From: Myxococcota bacterium
GTDB taxonomy: Bacteria; Myxococcota_A; UBA9160; UBA4427
Direction: 5' to 3'
Length of the DNA stretch: 64,000 nt
NCBI GenBank assembly: GCA_965250285.1
Contig: OZ252299.1
Location: forward strand, 1,632,001 to 1,696,000
Positions 21,181 to 31,375 of the stretch are shown here, one piece after another; positions within the stretch are counted from its first letter, which is position 1, and each line of letters opens with the position of its first letter. Made by a program: the position numbers and the translations under genes. The notes under the pieces were generated by a model. It was not told where the DNA came from, did not search any database, and saw nothing but the letters and a program-made list of their open reading frames with translations.

Positions 21181-24093
21181 TCAACCAGCCGACGGGGCCT
21201 CGCCCTCGGCGCTCGGCACCGCCGGCATCCGCGGCAGCGGCCGCGGGAGCACCGGAGCATGGATCACCGGAAGCCGTTCGGTCGGCGGCAGCCCCGGCGG
21301 TGTCCACTGGCCGTCTCCGTCGGCGTCGATCCGGATCACGTTGCTGAAGGCGAAGGGGGTGAAGCCCGGAAGCACGCTGCGATAGACGCCTGAATCCGAT
21401 GCCCGCCCGATCACCTCGACGAACACGAATGCATCGCGCTCGAAACGCAGCCGCTGACGGATCGGTCGCCCGGGCACGAGCCGCGCGCGATGCGCCCGGT
21501 CTCCGTTCACGTAGATGAACGCCGAGTCGACGGGCACCCACGGCGCGGCGTGCACCGAGACCGACAGCACGCCGTCGCGCATCGTCACCATCTCACCCGG
21601 TCCGGCCCCGTCGAGGCGCACGTCGAGCAGGGGACCGGTCGTGCCGAACGCCCGGCCTTCGCGCAGGCTGGCGACGAAGGCCGCCTCGTCGAAGTCGGCG
21701 CCGAGGTCGCCGTCGTAGGCGACGTAGGTGCGCGGGATCGCGGCCGTCGAGCCCAGGTGATGGGTGTCGCTGTTCGCCGTGCCGGTGCGCGCCTCGCCCT
21801 GAAGATGCCACGCGACCCAGTCGGCCCGGGTGCGGGCGTAGGCCTCGAAGTCGGTGCCGTTCATCAGCTCGATCGCGTCGAAGTCGAGATCGCGCACGCC
21901 GGTGGTCGCGTCGGGCTCGATCAGGCTCACGTTGGCCGGGTCGTCGAGCGGGAGGTCGGGCCGGTGGCCGGCGCCGACGTGGCCGAGGTGCGCGAGGTAG
22001 GCGCCGTTTCCGCCATCGACGCCGCCTTCGCGCGGATGGTTCAGCTGGAAGAGCGGCGGCCCGTCGAGCGCGTGCACCGAGGCGATCACGTCGCGGATGC
22101 GCCGCCCCTCGTGATCGGGAATGCCCTCGCGAAACGCGGTCGGATCGGGGACGAGCGGGAACACGTTGGCGTGTCCGATCGTGAACGGAGCGACCTCGCT
22201 CGTGGCCGTGCCGGTCAGCTCGCTCCCGACGATCGTCGTGACGCGCTGGTCGAGGCCGAGTCGCCGCAAAGTCGGCCCGAGGTCGAAGGCGCGATCGTGG
22301 TCGGTTCCAACGAGCACCTGCGCGCCCGAAGCGGCGAACGCGCGCAGTTGATCCTCGGGTCGCGTCGACGTGTCGTCGCTCGCAGCCGTGTGGACATGCA
22401 GGTCCGCCGAGACCCAGCCGGGCAGGCTGATCATGCGCTGGGGCGTGTCGATTTCGAGCGCAGCGGGCTCGCCCGGGCGCACGACGATCTCGGCCTCGGT
22501 GACCGCGTACTCGGGGCCTCGAGTGGCATACACGCGGTAGCGGCCGCTCGGCAGCACCACGTGCTCGGGGTCGTCGACGACGCCGCCGAGCGGGATGTCG
22601 TTGCGCGACTGGGGACTCGGCAGTCGCTGGAAACCCAGCGCGAAATCCATCCCGTCGTCGCCGAAGACCGGGTCGAGGGTGGGGGCGATGCCCTCGAAGA
22701 CGAGGCGCACCGGTCCCATGCGCGGGAGTTCGACGATGGCGGGTGGCTGAAACGCGAGTGAGCCGAGGTCGACGCCCTCGGGCGCCGCGGCGACGGTGCG
22801 GCGCAGGCGCCGTCCGTCGGGCACGCGGAACGTCAGCTCGAAGGGGCCCCGCATGCCCTCGGGCAGGCGAAACGAGAAGCGGCCGTCGGCTTCGGGGGCG
22901 ACGAACGTCACGGGCCGACCGCTGGCATCGCGCACGTGAATGCGTGCTTCGGGCGAGTCGACGCGGCCATGCACGCGGGGCCCGTCGGCCCAGATGCGCG
23001 ACGTGATCGACGCGACGTCGGCATGCGGTGACACGACGATCTCGCGTTCGGAGACGAGCGTCTCGCCCTCGCGTACGTCCATGAATGCGCTCTGCGCCAG
23101 CTCGATCAGGCCCGGTTCGCCCGGCTGGTCGCCGATCCACGGCGGGCGGGCCAGGTGCGCGAGCATGGTGAAGTGACGCCCGTTGAGGCCCATCGTGCGA
23201 ATCGGGCGTCGCTCTCCGTCTCGTCCGACCAGTTCGGCGCGCACCGCGCGCCAGCCGTACGTGATGCCCAGCTCGGAGGCGGGCGCGCTCACCAGCACTT
23301 GCAGGTCGGCGCGCACGAGCGCGCGCGCGGTGCGCATGAAGTCGTTCATGTCGACGTCGGGGTGCTCGAAGCCAAGGCTCAGCTCGGGCTCGTCGAGCGA
23401 CGCCGTGAACGCGCTCAGCTGACGATTGCCGTGCAGCATCACATCGCCGAACAAGAAGACGGCCTCACCGTCGCCCGTGCGCGTGATCTCGGTGCGAATG
23501 CCCAGGCGGTCGGGCCGGGCGTGATCGACGAAGTACGTCGTCACGATCTCGAGCCCCTGCTGGCGCGCGCGGGTGACGATGCGCGCTTCGCTTGCGTCGA
23601 CCTCGGCCTCGATCTCGTCGACGACCACCGCGAGATTGCGTGACAGGTTCAGCAGGGGATGGAGCACCACGAACTCGTCGTCGTCGCGTCCGCAGTGACC
23701 GAGGTCGACCAGCACGCCGCCCCGGGTCGAGACACCCATCTCGTGCGCCGGGTCGGCGATCGCCGCGCAGATCACGCCGTTGCCGAGCGTCCAGTCGCCG
23801 ACGCCGGCTACGGCATCGGGCCCGCCGACGCGCAGCGCACCGACGTTCTCGTGCGTGAGCCGGGTCGCGAAGAGCGCAGCGGGGCCGTCTGCGTCGGCCG
23901 ACGCCCCGATCGCGAGCAGCAGGAGCACAGCGAGCACGCCGCCGATCGACCGGCCTCGGTGGCTCGGTTCGCCCCATTTCTTGCGCCGCGGCGCCCGGTG
24001 CTGGGCCTTGCGCGCCGCGTGCCTCGGCAGGTCGTTTCGCCCAATCGAGCGACAGCGGCAGGACGGGGGCACGAAGGGGCGGGGCGGGAGCAC
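21181..24093 (-). CDS. Exported PHP-fold metallohydrolase (CehA/McbA-like)
   Basis: ADLHVHT, TDHD, GHANVFP, LNHPR, ANSDTH, TTGP; signal-like segment; true start probably internal. Confidence 0.8.
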   Translation of the reverse strand: MLPPRPFVPPSCRCRSIGRNDLPRHAARKAQHRAPRRKKWGEPSHRGRSIGGVLAVLLLLAIGASADADGPAALFATRLTHENVGALRVGGPDAVAGVGDWTLGNGVICAAIADPAHEMGVSTRGGVLVDLGHCGRDDDEFVVLHPLLNLSRNLAVVVDEIEAEVDASEARIVTRARQQGLEIVTTYFVDHARPDRLGIRTEITRTGDGEAVFLFGDVMLHGNRQLSAFTASLDEPELSLGFEHPDVDMNDFMRTARALVRADLQVLVSAPASELGITYGWRAVRAELVGRDGERRPIRTMGLNGRHFTMLAHLARPPWIGDQPGEPGLIELAQSAFMDVREGETLVSEREIVVSPHADVASITSRIWADGPRVHGRVDSPEARIHVRDASGRPVTFVAPEADGRFSFRLPEGMRGPFELTFRVPDGRRLRRTVAAAPEGVDLGSLAFQPPAIVELPRMGPVRLVFEGIAPTLDPVFGDDGMDFALGFQRLPSPQSRNDIPLGGVVDDPEHVVLPSGRYRVYATRGPEYAVTEAEIVVRPGEPAALEIDTPQRMISLPGWVSADLHVHTAASDDTSTRPEDQLRAFAASGAQVLVGTDHDRAFDLGPTLRRLGLDQRVTTIVGSELTGTATSEVAPFTIGHANVFPLVPDPTAFREGIPDHEGRRIRDVIASVHALDGPPLFQLNHPREGGVDGGNGAYLAHLGHVGAGHRPDLPLDDPANVSLIEPDATTGVRDLDFDAIELMNGTDFEAYARTRADWVAWHLQGEARTGTANSDTHHLGSTAAIPRTYVAYDGDLGADFDEAAFVASLREGRAFGTTGPLLDVRLDGAGPGEMVTMRDGVLSVSVHAAPWVPVDSAFIYVNGDRAHRARLVPGRPIRQRLRFERDAFVFVEVIGRASDSGVYRSVLPGFTPFAFSNVIRIDADGDGQWTPPGLPPTERLPVIHAPVLPRPLPRMPAVPSAEGEAPSAG

Positions 24094-24261
24094 GGCCGGA
24101 GAGTAGCGGCGGCCCGGGCGACCGCCCGAGCCCGGGCGCGCCGCAAGTGGGCGGGAACGTTGCCGGGACAGGGGGTTTCGTCCTAAGCTGCGAGTGATCT
24201 CGACCGGGGGGGAGGGGATCTTTTGGGGCGAAGCGCCTACGGATCACGGGGCGCGTACGGG

Positions 24262-24891
24262 GTGGCGCGTCGCAGGCTCGTCGAGCGCCTGCAGACGGCC
24301 GGCATCCACGATGCGCGGGTCCTCGACGCGTTCCTGCAGGTCCCGCGGCACGAGTGGGTGCCGGGGACGCTGCGGACCGAGGCGTATCGAGATACGCCGC
24401 TCCCCATCGGCGAGGGGCAGACGATCTCGGCGCCCGGCATCGTCGCCTCGATGACGCAGGCCCTCGAACTCGAGGGCGACGAGAAGGTGCTCGAGATCGG
24501 CACCGGGTCGGGCTTTCAGGCCGCGATCCTGTCGCCGCTCTGCCGCCGGATCGACTCGATCGAACGCATCCCCGAGCTCGCGAGTGCCGCACGCAGCGTG
24601 CTCGATCGCATGGGCGTGCGGAACGTCCAGTGCTTCGTCGGCGACGGAACCCGAGGGCGCCCCGAAGGCGCTCCCTATGACCGCGTGATCGTCACGGCCG
24701 GGGGGCCGGAGATTCCTCCGCGATTGCTCGGCCAGCTGGCCGATGGAGGGGTGCTGGTCGGCCCCTTCGGTGGTCGAGACGTGCAGGAGCTCGTGCGCAT
24801 TCGGCGCACGGGGCGCACGCAGTTCAGCCGAGAGGTGCTCGGTCTGTGTCAGTTCGTGGATCTCATCGGCGAGGATGGCTGGGCCGCCTGA
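24262..24891 (+). CDS. pcm: Protein-L-isoaspartate O-methyltransferase
   Basis: VPRHEWV, PIGEGQTISAP, VLEIGTGSGFQAA, APYDRVIVTA. Confidence 0.95.
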   Translation: MARRRLVERLQTAGIHDARVLDAFLQVPRHEWVPGTLRTEAYRDTPLPIGEGQTISAPGIVASMTQALELEGDEKVLEIGTGSGFQAAILSPLCRRIDSIERIPELASAARSVLDRMGVRNVQCFVGDGTRGRPEGAPYDRVIVTAGGPEIPPRLLGQLADGGVLVGPFGGRDVQELVRIRRTGRTQFSREVLGLCQFVDLIGEDGWAA

Positions 24892-25673
24892 GCCCGCCTG
24901 CGCGCTCGGTCGACCGCGCCGCCGCCGATCCGCGAGGAGGGCGTCGGGCGCCCGGTCGCGCGCGCCGACGTTTCGGCGTCGCGCTGCTCGCCTGCGTGCT
25001 GGTCGCGTCGTGCACGCTCGCGTGTGCATCGTCGGGCGGGGGGCAGTATTACCGCATCCGCAAGGGCGACAACCTCTACCGCATCGGTCTCGCGCATGGT
25101 GTGAGTGCGGAGGACATCGCGCGCGAGAACGGGATCCGCGACGTCACGGCGATCAGCGTGGGCCAGGTCATCTGGGTGCCGGCCGCGAAGCCCGGAGCGC
25201 GGCCGACGCGCAAGCCGACGGCCAGCGCATCCGCGGGCAAGCCGGGGACCTCGTCATCAGCCGCACGCAACGCGGCCCGCGAGGAGGCCCGGCGCAGCTC
25301 GCAGCTCGCGTTCCGTTGGCCCGTCGACAAGCCCACGCTGACGTCACGCTTCGGTCGGCGTCGCGGCCGCCCGCACGACGGCATCGATCTCGGCGCGAGG
25401 CGCGGCACACCGATCCGCGCGGCCGAGGCGGGCAAGGTCATCCACGCCGGCTGGCTCGGCGACTACGGGCGCGTGGTGATCGTGAAGCACGCCGGCCACT
25501 ACAGCACCGTCTACGCCCACGCGAACAAGCTCCATGTGAAGAAGGGGCAGTTCGTCGACAAGGGCGATCGCATCGCCGAGGTCGGCAGCAGCGGCAAGTC
25601 GACCGGTCCGCACCTTCACTTCGAGGTGCGCAAGCGCGAAGTGGCTCAGGACCCGATGCTGTACCTTCCGTGA
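24846..25673 (+). CDS. LysM + M23 peptidase lipoprotein (NlpD-like)
   Basis: GDNLYRIG LysM; HDGID, YAH, GPHLHFE M23 motifs; follows pcm; start uncertain. Confidence 0.88.
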   Translation: MSVRGSHRRGWLGRLSPPARSVDRAAADPRGGRRAPGRARRRFGVALLACVLVASCTLACASSGGGQYYRIRKGDNLYRIGLAHGVSAEDIARENGIRDVTAISVGQVIWVPAAKPGARPTRKPTASASAGKPGTSSSAARNAAREEARRSSQLAFRWPVDKPTLTSRFGRRRGRPHDGIDLGARRGTPIRAAEAGKVIHAGWLGDYGRVVIVKHAGHYSTVYAHANKLHVKKGQFVDKGDRIAEVGSSGKSTGPHLHFEVRKREVAQDPMLYLP

Positions 25674-25764
25674 TCAAAAGCCGACGGGATCGCAGGATCG
25701 GCCGCGCCGATCGCGCCCCGAGGACCCTGCCGCCGAGCGGCCCGAGACCGATAGGAGACCCCCT

Positions 25765-26301
25765 GTGGCCGACCTCGATGCGGCGCGCAAGACCGTCGAC
25801 GGGCTGATCCGCGACATCCCCGACTTTCCCCAGCCAGGCATCGTCTTCAAGGATCTGACGCCCGTACTCGGCTCGGCGACCGCACTCGAGCAGGGCGTGC
25901 AGGCGATCATCGAGCCCTATCGAGGCGAGGGCATCGATCGGGTGGTCGGGATCGAGGCGCGCGGGTTCCTGTTCGGCGTGCCCGCCGCGATCGCTCTGGG
26001 TGCCGGTTTCGTGCCGGCACGCAAGCCCGGCAAGCTTCCCTACGAGACGCAGAGCGTTCACTATGAGCTCGAGTACGGTACGGGCTCACTCGAGATCCAC
26101 GTCGACGCGATCCGCAAGGGGGAGCGGGTGCTGATCGTCGACGACCTGCTCGCGACCGGTGGCACCGCCGGCGCCGCGCGGCAACTCGTGACCGAGGCCG
26201 GTGGTGAGATCGTCGGCTTCTCGTTTCTGGTCGAGCTCGACTTCCTGAAGGGGCGTTCGCGTCTCGACGGCGCACGCATCGAGAGCCTGGTGCACTACTA
26301 G
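25765..26301 (+). CDS. apt: Adenine phosphoribosyltransferase
   Basis: IPDFPQPGIVFKD, GIEARGF, RKPGKLP, VDDLLATGGT. Confidence 0.97.
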   Translation: MADLDAARKTVDGLIRDIPDFPQPGIVFKDLTPVLGSATALEQGVQAIIEPYRGEGIDRVVGIEARGFLFGVPAAIALGAGFVPARKPGKLPYETQSVHYELEYGTGSLEIHVDAIRKGERVLIVDDLLATGGTAGAARQLVTEAGGEIVGFSFLVELDFLKGRSRLDGARIESLVHY

Positions 26302-26330
26302 CCGCGTGATCCGGTACCCTGCGGCGCCAG

Positions 26331-26404
26331 GCCCTCGTAGCTCAGCTGGATAGAGCAGCCGCCTCCTAAGCGGCAGGTCAGAGGTTCGAATCCTCTCGGG
26401 GGCA
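26331..26404 (+). tRNA. tRNA-Arg(CCT), CCA not encoded
   Basis: GCCCTCG/CGGGGGC acceptor stem, anticodon arm GCCGC-CTCCTAA-GCGGC, GGTTCGAATCC. Confidence 0.95.
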
Positions 26405-26467
26405 CCCCCACACTGGCGAGCCCGTGCGTTCGGACTCGCGCCCGGGCCGCGCGCCGTGTATCGCGCG

Positions 26468-26552
26468 CGGGCGTCATCCAAGGGCCGTGAAAGCCGAAAG
26501 GCAGGCGCCGCGCTCAGCGCTCGGGCGTCATCCAGTTGCCGTGAAAGCCGAA
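26468..26552. repeat. Imperfect 31-bp direct repeat (54-bp period) copying the 3' end of the carotenoid oxygenase gene
   Basis: CGGGCGTCATCCA-agg/gtt-GCCGTGAAAGCCGAA at 26468 and 26522. Confidence 0.9.
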
Positions 26553-27902
26553 GGGGACGCGGCGCGGCAGCGCAATGCGCGCGATCGGTCCGGCAGCGAC
26601 GTCGCGGGCATCGGTGACGAGGAACTCGCTCGAGCCGCCGTCCTGGCTGTGCGCGTAACCCACGATCCAACCGGCGCGTTCGTCGCCGCTCGCATCCTCG
26701 AGGTCGGGCGCGAAGGCGACCTCGCCGAAGATGCGACCCGGCTCGGACCACGTCGTCTCGGTGCCGCGCTCGAGGTCGAGCTGCGTGAAGCCGTCGAAGT
26801 AGCCGCCGTCGCACTCGCCGGTCGAGAAGCTCGACATGTAGCCGTAGCGGTGTGCCTGGCCCGCCACCGCATCGGCGACCTTGCAGAACTCTCCCGGCAG
26901 CTCGCTCAGACGACGCAGGCCGACCTCGCCGGCAGCGAGATCGACGGTCCACTCGTGCATGTACGTGTTGACGTCGAGGCCTTCGGGCGGAGCGTCATTG
27001 TCGAAGTCGAGGCCGACCCAGGGCGCGGGCGTGCCGAAGATGCGCACGGTATCGCCCTCGGTCCACGCGTTGAGGAAGTGGAACACGTAGGCGGTCGGGA
27101 TCTCGAACCACTGCATGTCCTCGGCGCCGCCCGCGCGGGGCATGATGCCCACGCGCGTGCCCTCTTCGGGCTTCCAGTGGATGACCGTGCCCGTCTCGGC
27201 GAAGCCGTGAAAGTCGAACACCGCGGGTGAATCGAAGAGAACGACGTGCTCTCTCGTCACCAGGAAGTCGTGGATCATGATCGGGTTGGGGAGGTCGAGA
27301 TCGACGCTGCGCACCAGCTTGCCCTGTGCGTCGACCTCGTGATAGCGGACGTAGGGCGGCAGCGGCGAATAGCCAAAGAACAGCAGCTTGCCATCGACGG
27401 GGTCGATGCGCGGGTGCGCCGTCATCGGGCCGTGCAGCTGGCCGGCGAAGTCGTCGAGGCCGATCGTCTCGAGGTCTTCGGTCATGGCGGTGGGCAGACC
27501 GCCCTCCCAGAGAGCGAGATAGCGCCCGGCGTGACGGATGATGTTGGTGTTGCCCGGGTTCTTCAGTCGCGGCTCCCCGTCACGGAAGATCGAGCGATCG
27601 GGCGGATTCAGATCGGTCAACCCGCCATAGATCGCGTGGCCGAGCCGGCGCTCGACCGCCAGGCCGTCGCTCTGCACCTGGCGATTGCGATAGCGCACAC
27701 GGCCGTCCTCGAAGTCGAGGCCGTGCACCATGCCATCGCCGTCGAAGAGGTGGTAGCGGCCCTTCGGTTCGAACACGGGGTTCGGTCCGTTGCGCAGATA
27801 GCGACCGCGCAGACCGCGGGGCAGCGCCCCCTCGACCCGAAGCTCGACATCGAGCTCGTCGTGCACTGGCGCGTGCACGCCCGAAAGAAATTCGCTGGCC
27901 AT
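26514..27902 (-). CDS. Carotenoid oxygenase / lignostilbene dioxygenase family
   Basis: YLRNGPNP, FDGDGMVH, TAHP, IHDF, VFHF, PFGFHGNW (four Fe-binding His). Confidence 0.93.
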   Translation of the reverse strand: MASEFLSGVHAPVHDELDVELRVEGALPRGLRGRYLRNGPNPVFEPKGRYHLFDGDGMVHGLDFEDGRVRYRNRQVQSDGLAVERRLGHAIYGGLTDLNPPDRSIFRDGEPRLKNPGNTNIIRHAGRYLALWEGGLPTAMTEDLETIGLDDFAGQLHGPMTAHPRIDPVDGKLLFFGYSPLPPYVRYHEVDAQGKLVRSVDLDLPNPIMIHDFLVTREHVVLFDSPAVFDFHGFAETGTVIHWKPEEGTRVGIMPRAGGAEDMQWFEIPTAYVFHFLNAWTEGDTVRIFGTPAPWVGLDFDNDAPPEGLDVNTYMHEWTVDLAAGEVGLRRLSELPGEFCKVADAVAGQAHRYGYMSSFSTGECDGGYFDGFTQLDLERGTETTWSEPGRIFGEVAFAPDLEDASGDERAGWIVGYAHSQDGGSSEFLVTDARDVAAGPIARIALPRRVPFGFHGNWMTPER

Positions 27903-28247
27903 TCGAGGGTCCTCCGACGTCGCCGGCCCGAGGCTCGGCCCGACGCCTTCAAGGTAGCGGCGCAGAGCCCCACTCGGCGGGCCAAGACGTGCAGATGCCT
28001 GCTCGAGATGTGCGAATGAGTGGCGCGATGCGCCTCGCTGTCCAGATCTGCCGTGAAGCTGCGGTCTTTCGAGGCGTCGCATTCGGAGCCACGCCCGGCG
28101 TCGTCCCGCGTCCGGATCCGTGCGCCGGGTGCGTGCCTGCCCCGCTTCGAGGCATCGGCATGCGGGCGGGCGTGCAGTAGAGTCGGCGCGCACCGGGTGG
28201 CGCGAGCGCAGCCGCGCTTCCCCCGTCGGATCGCCATGGAGTGAGAT

Positions 28248-29090
28248 GTGGATTTCCAGGACGTGATCGGGTTGGGTGTCGCGGGCAACTTTGCCGGACA
28301 TCTCGAACAGGCCGGCGAGGCGAGCGACTTCGTCGACGTCGACGTGAAGGAGGCCCACGCGCCAAAGGGGCTGTTTCCGTTCTACGTGCCCGGCGCGACC
28401 GGTCGACAGATCGGGGTGTATCCGATCTCGAGTGATCGGCTCGCGCTCGCCGGGCCGGGTGAGACCCTTCAGATCGAGCCCGAGGTGGCGCTGCTCTGCG
28501 ATCTCGTCGCCGACGGTGACCGAATCACGGCGGTGGCCCCGCGCGCCTTCGCCGCGCACGACGACTGCTCGATCCGGCGCGATGGGGCGAGCAAGATCAG
28601 CGAGAAGAAGAACTGGGGCGCGTGCACGAAGGGAACGTCGGCGCACCTGATCGACATCGATCGCTTCGAGCCCGGCGGTGTGCTCGATCGCTACCGCATC
28701 GCGTCTTTCCTGGTGCGCGGCGACATCGTTCAGGCCTACGGCCAGGACAGCCCCGCCTCGAGCTACAGCTACTTCCACGGTCAGCTGCTCGACTGGATCG
28801 CCGAGAAGCTGAACGACCAGGAGGATGCCGGCCCCCTCGAAGACGTCGGGGCGTTGTGGCGCGAGGCCGGTCGACCGGCGCGTGCGCTCATCAGCATCGG
28901 CGCCACGCGCTACACCGAGTTCGGCGAGACGACGTACCTCGAGGCCGGTGACCGTGCCGTCGTCGTCGTCTATGACGGAGACGAGGCCGATGAAGCCTCG
29001 ATTCGTCTCGAGCTCGCGGCCGGTCGGCTCGAGTCGGGCCCCGGTCGGTCGGTCCTGGATCAGCGGGTCGTGCCCGCTGGCGAAGCATGA
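28248..29090 (+). CDS. DUF5718-like protein
   Basis: GVAGNFAGHLEQAGEA, APKGLFPFY, EPEVAL, DCSIR, KISEKKNWG. Confidence 0.75.
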   Translation: MDFQDVIGLGVAGNFAGHLEQAGEASDFVDVDVKEAHAPKGLFPFYVPGATGRQIGVYPISSDRLALAGPGETLQIEPEVALLCDLVADGDRITAVAPRAFAAHDDCSIRRDGASKISEKKNWGACTKGTSAHLIDIDRFEPGGVLDRYRIASFLVRGDIVQAYGQDSPASSYSYFHGQLLDWIAEKLNDQEDAGPLEDVGALWREAGRPARALISIGATRYTEFGETTYLEAGDRAVVVVYDGDEADEASIRLELAAGRLESGPGRSVLDQRVVPAGEA

Positions 29091-29713
29091 GCAGCGCACG
29101 GGACGATCGTCGACGCCACGCACCGCTGGCGATGGGCGTCGCTCTGCTGTGTATCGCGTGGCTCTTTCTGGCGGCGTGGGGGGCGTCCCAGTATCGCCAG
29201 GCGACGCACCGAGGGCCCGTTCTCTATGCGCCGCTCTCCGTCGCGGTCGACGCCAGCGATGGCACGATCTACTGCGCCAGCGGGGCCGGTCGGGTTCACC
29301 TGTACGGGCCGAACGGGCGCGGCCGCGGTGCCTTCGTGGTCGAGACGGGTGGCGCGCCGTTTCGGCTTTCGGCCGAAGGGGCGGGCCGAGTTGCCCTGGC
29401 CGTCGAAGGGCGCGCCCAGGTGCGGGTCTATGATGAGGGGGGGCGGGTGGTCGAGGAGCGAGCAGACCCGGGTGCGTTCGCGCGTTTCGCCGCGGCCGAG
29501 GCGGCGCGCGCGGGCGCGCCGGGGATCCAGCTCGACGAGCGCGGCGCCCTGGTCGCCCAACGGGACGGCGCCGTCGAGGTGCTCGTGCCCGCGCTCCCGT
29601 TCCCGCTCTCGTTCTTCGCCGTGGCTCCGTGGACCATCGTCTTCTCGCTGTTCTTCAGCGCGCTCGGCCTGATGGCGGCCTTCGTCTGGCCGTTCCTCGT
29701 CCCGACGGAGTGA
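29087..29713 (+). CDS. Hypothetical membrane protein
   Basis: N- and C-terminal TM segments around a short beta-propeller-like region; ATGA overlap with upstream gene. Confidence 0.65.
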   Translation: MSSARDDRRRHAPLAMGVALLCIAWLFLAAWGASQYRQATHRGPVLYAPLSVAVDASDGTIYCASGAGRVHLYGPNGRGRGAFVVETGGAPFRLSAEGAGRVALAVEGRAQVRVYDEGGRVVEERADPGAFARFAAAEAARAGAPGIQLDERGALVAQRDGAVEVLVPALPFPLSFFAVAPWTIVFSLFFSALGLMAAFVWPFLVPTE

Positions 29714-29839
29714 GCCGGGTGTCGCGCTCCGGTCGGTCGTGAGCGCTTCGACCGGGCGGAGACGTCGGTCGCCCGCGCGCGTGGGGCGTGCGATGATTCA
29801 TGCGTACGCTCCGTTTGGGCACGCCGAGGAGGGGATCGC

Positions 29840-30736
29840 ATGACGGCCACGATCGAGCATCTTCCGCCCGATTCGCCCCCCGACGCCGTCGCGAAGATCC
29901 TCGCGCGCGATGGCGCCGTCATCGTCGACGACGTCGATCGAGACGGCGGGCTCGATCGCGTGCGCGCCGAGATGCAGCCGTTCATCGATGCGACCGAGTC
30001 AGGGCCGGACGATTTCACGGGGCGTCACACCCGCCGAACCGGCGGGCTGATTGCCCGCGCGCCCTCGAGCCACGCGCTGATCCAGCACCCTCTCGTCGTA
30101 GGCACGGTCTCACAGGTGCTCGCGCACGCGCTGAACTTCCACCTTCATCTCACGCAGATCATCGACATCGGCCCAGGCGAGCCGGCCCAGCCGATTCATC
30201 GCGATCAGTGGGCCTTCGACTTCTTCCCTTTTCCGAAGGGCTATGACGTTCAGTGCAACACGATCTGGGCGATGACCGACTTCGACGAGCAGAACGGCGC
30301 TACACGGGTCGTGCCGGGCAGTCATCTGCTCGAAGACAAGCTGCGGTTCGAGCACGCCGACTCGATTCCGGCCGAGATGTCGAAGGGGTCGGTGTTGTTC
30401 TACAACGGCGCGGTGTATCACGGTGGGGGGCCGAACCAGAGCGACGCGCATCGCCTCGGGCTCAACATCACCTATGCCGTCGCGTGGCTCCGACAGGAAG
30501 AGAACCAGTATCTGACCGTGCCGCGCGAGCAGGCGCAGGCGCTGCCGGATGATCTGCTTCGCCTGATGGGCTACGCGCGCGGGGCCTATGCGCTCGGCTA
30601 CGTCGACGACCTGCGCGATCCGCTCGACGCGCTTCGGGGGGATGCGACGCGGCACGGCTTCGGTCAACCTGGCGAGATCGCTGAGGGCCTGCGCCGGCCC
30701 CCCGCGGCCGACGCGGCGGTCAGCGAAGTCGAGTAG
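29840..30736 (+). CDS. Phytanoyl-CoA dioxygenase family Fe(II)/2-oxoglutarate oxygenase
   Basis: HRD iron motif, NGATRVVPGSH, YHGGG, WLRQEENQY. Confidence 0.92.
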   Translation: MTATIEHLPPDSPPDAVAKILARDGAVIVDDVDRDGGLDRVRAEMQPFIDATESGPDDFTGRHTRRTGGLIARAPSSHALIQHPLVVGTVSQVLAHALNFHLHLTQIIDIGPGEPAQPIHRDQWAFDFFPFPKGYDVQCNTIWAMTDFDEQNGATRVVPGSHLLEDKLRFEHADSIPAEMSKGSVLFYNGAVYHGGGPNQSDAHRLGLNITYAVAWLRQEENQYLTVPREQAQALPDDLLRLMGYARGAYALGYVDDLRDPLDALRGDATRHGFGQPGEIAEGLRRPPAADAAVSEVE

Positions 30737-30751
30737 GAGCCCGCTCGCGCA

Positions 30752-31357
30752 ATGCCGCATCCGAAATCGGTGATGATCCACGAGCGCGCGCTGTGTGAGA
30801 GCGACGACGTCGGCGCGGGCACGCGCGTCTGGGCCTTTGCGCACGTGATGGCCGGGGCACGCGTCGGCGCGCGCTGCAACATCGGCGATCACGCCTTCAT
30901 CGAGACGGGCGCCGTACTCGGCGATGACGTCACGATCAAGAACGGCGTGTCGGTGTGGGAGCACGTCACGATCGGCGACGCCGTCTTCGTCGGGCCAGGC
31001 GTGAACTTCACCAACGAGCAGCGTCCCCGGGTCGAGCGTCACCGCGCGGAGGGCGGGTACGACGCGCTTCCGACCGACATCGGGGCGGGTGCCACGCTCG
31101 GGGCCGGGGCCACCGTGCTCTGTGGACTGACGGTCGGGGCATCCGCCTTCGTGGGGGCGGGTGCGCTGGTGACCTCGAGCGTACCCGCGCACGCGCTGGT
31201 CGTGGGCGCGCCCGCTCGTTTCGTCGGCTGGGTCTGCAGCTGTGGGCGCGATCTCGACGAAGATCTCGTCTGCCCTTGTGGAAGACGCTTCGAGCCGGTG
31301 CCCGACGACGGCCGCGGTGAGCCGACGGGGCTGCGCCCGGTTGCCGCTGCGGACTGA
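30752..31357 (+). CDS. Hexapeptide-repeat sugar N-acyltransferase (WbpD/WlbB-like)
   Basis: VWAFAHV, left-handed beta-helix repeats, FTNE, GAPAR, GWVCSCG. Confidence 0.88.
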   Translation: MPHPKSVMIHERALCESDDVGAGTRVWAFAHVMAGARVGARCNIGDHAFIETGAVLGDDVTIKNGVSVWEHVTIGDAVFVGPGVNFTNEQRPRVERHRAEGGYDALPTDIGAGATLGAGATVLCGLTVGASAFVGAGALVTSSVPAHALVVGAPARFVGWVCSCGRDLDEDLVCPCGRRFEPVPDDGRGEPTGLRPVAAAD

Positions 31358-31375
31358 GCGCCGGGTCTGTACGGC

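Noticed and set aside
26514..29123. 869-aa oxygenase with long N-terminal extension
   Set aside because: The extension is antisense to the DUF5718-like gene; family similarity starts at MASEFL (27902)
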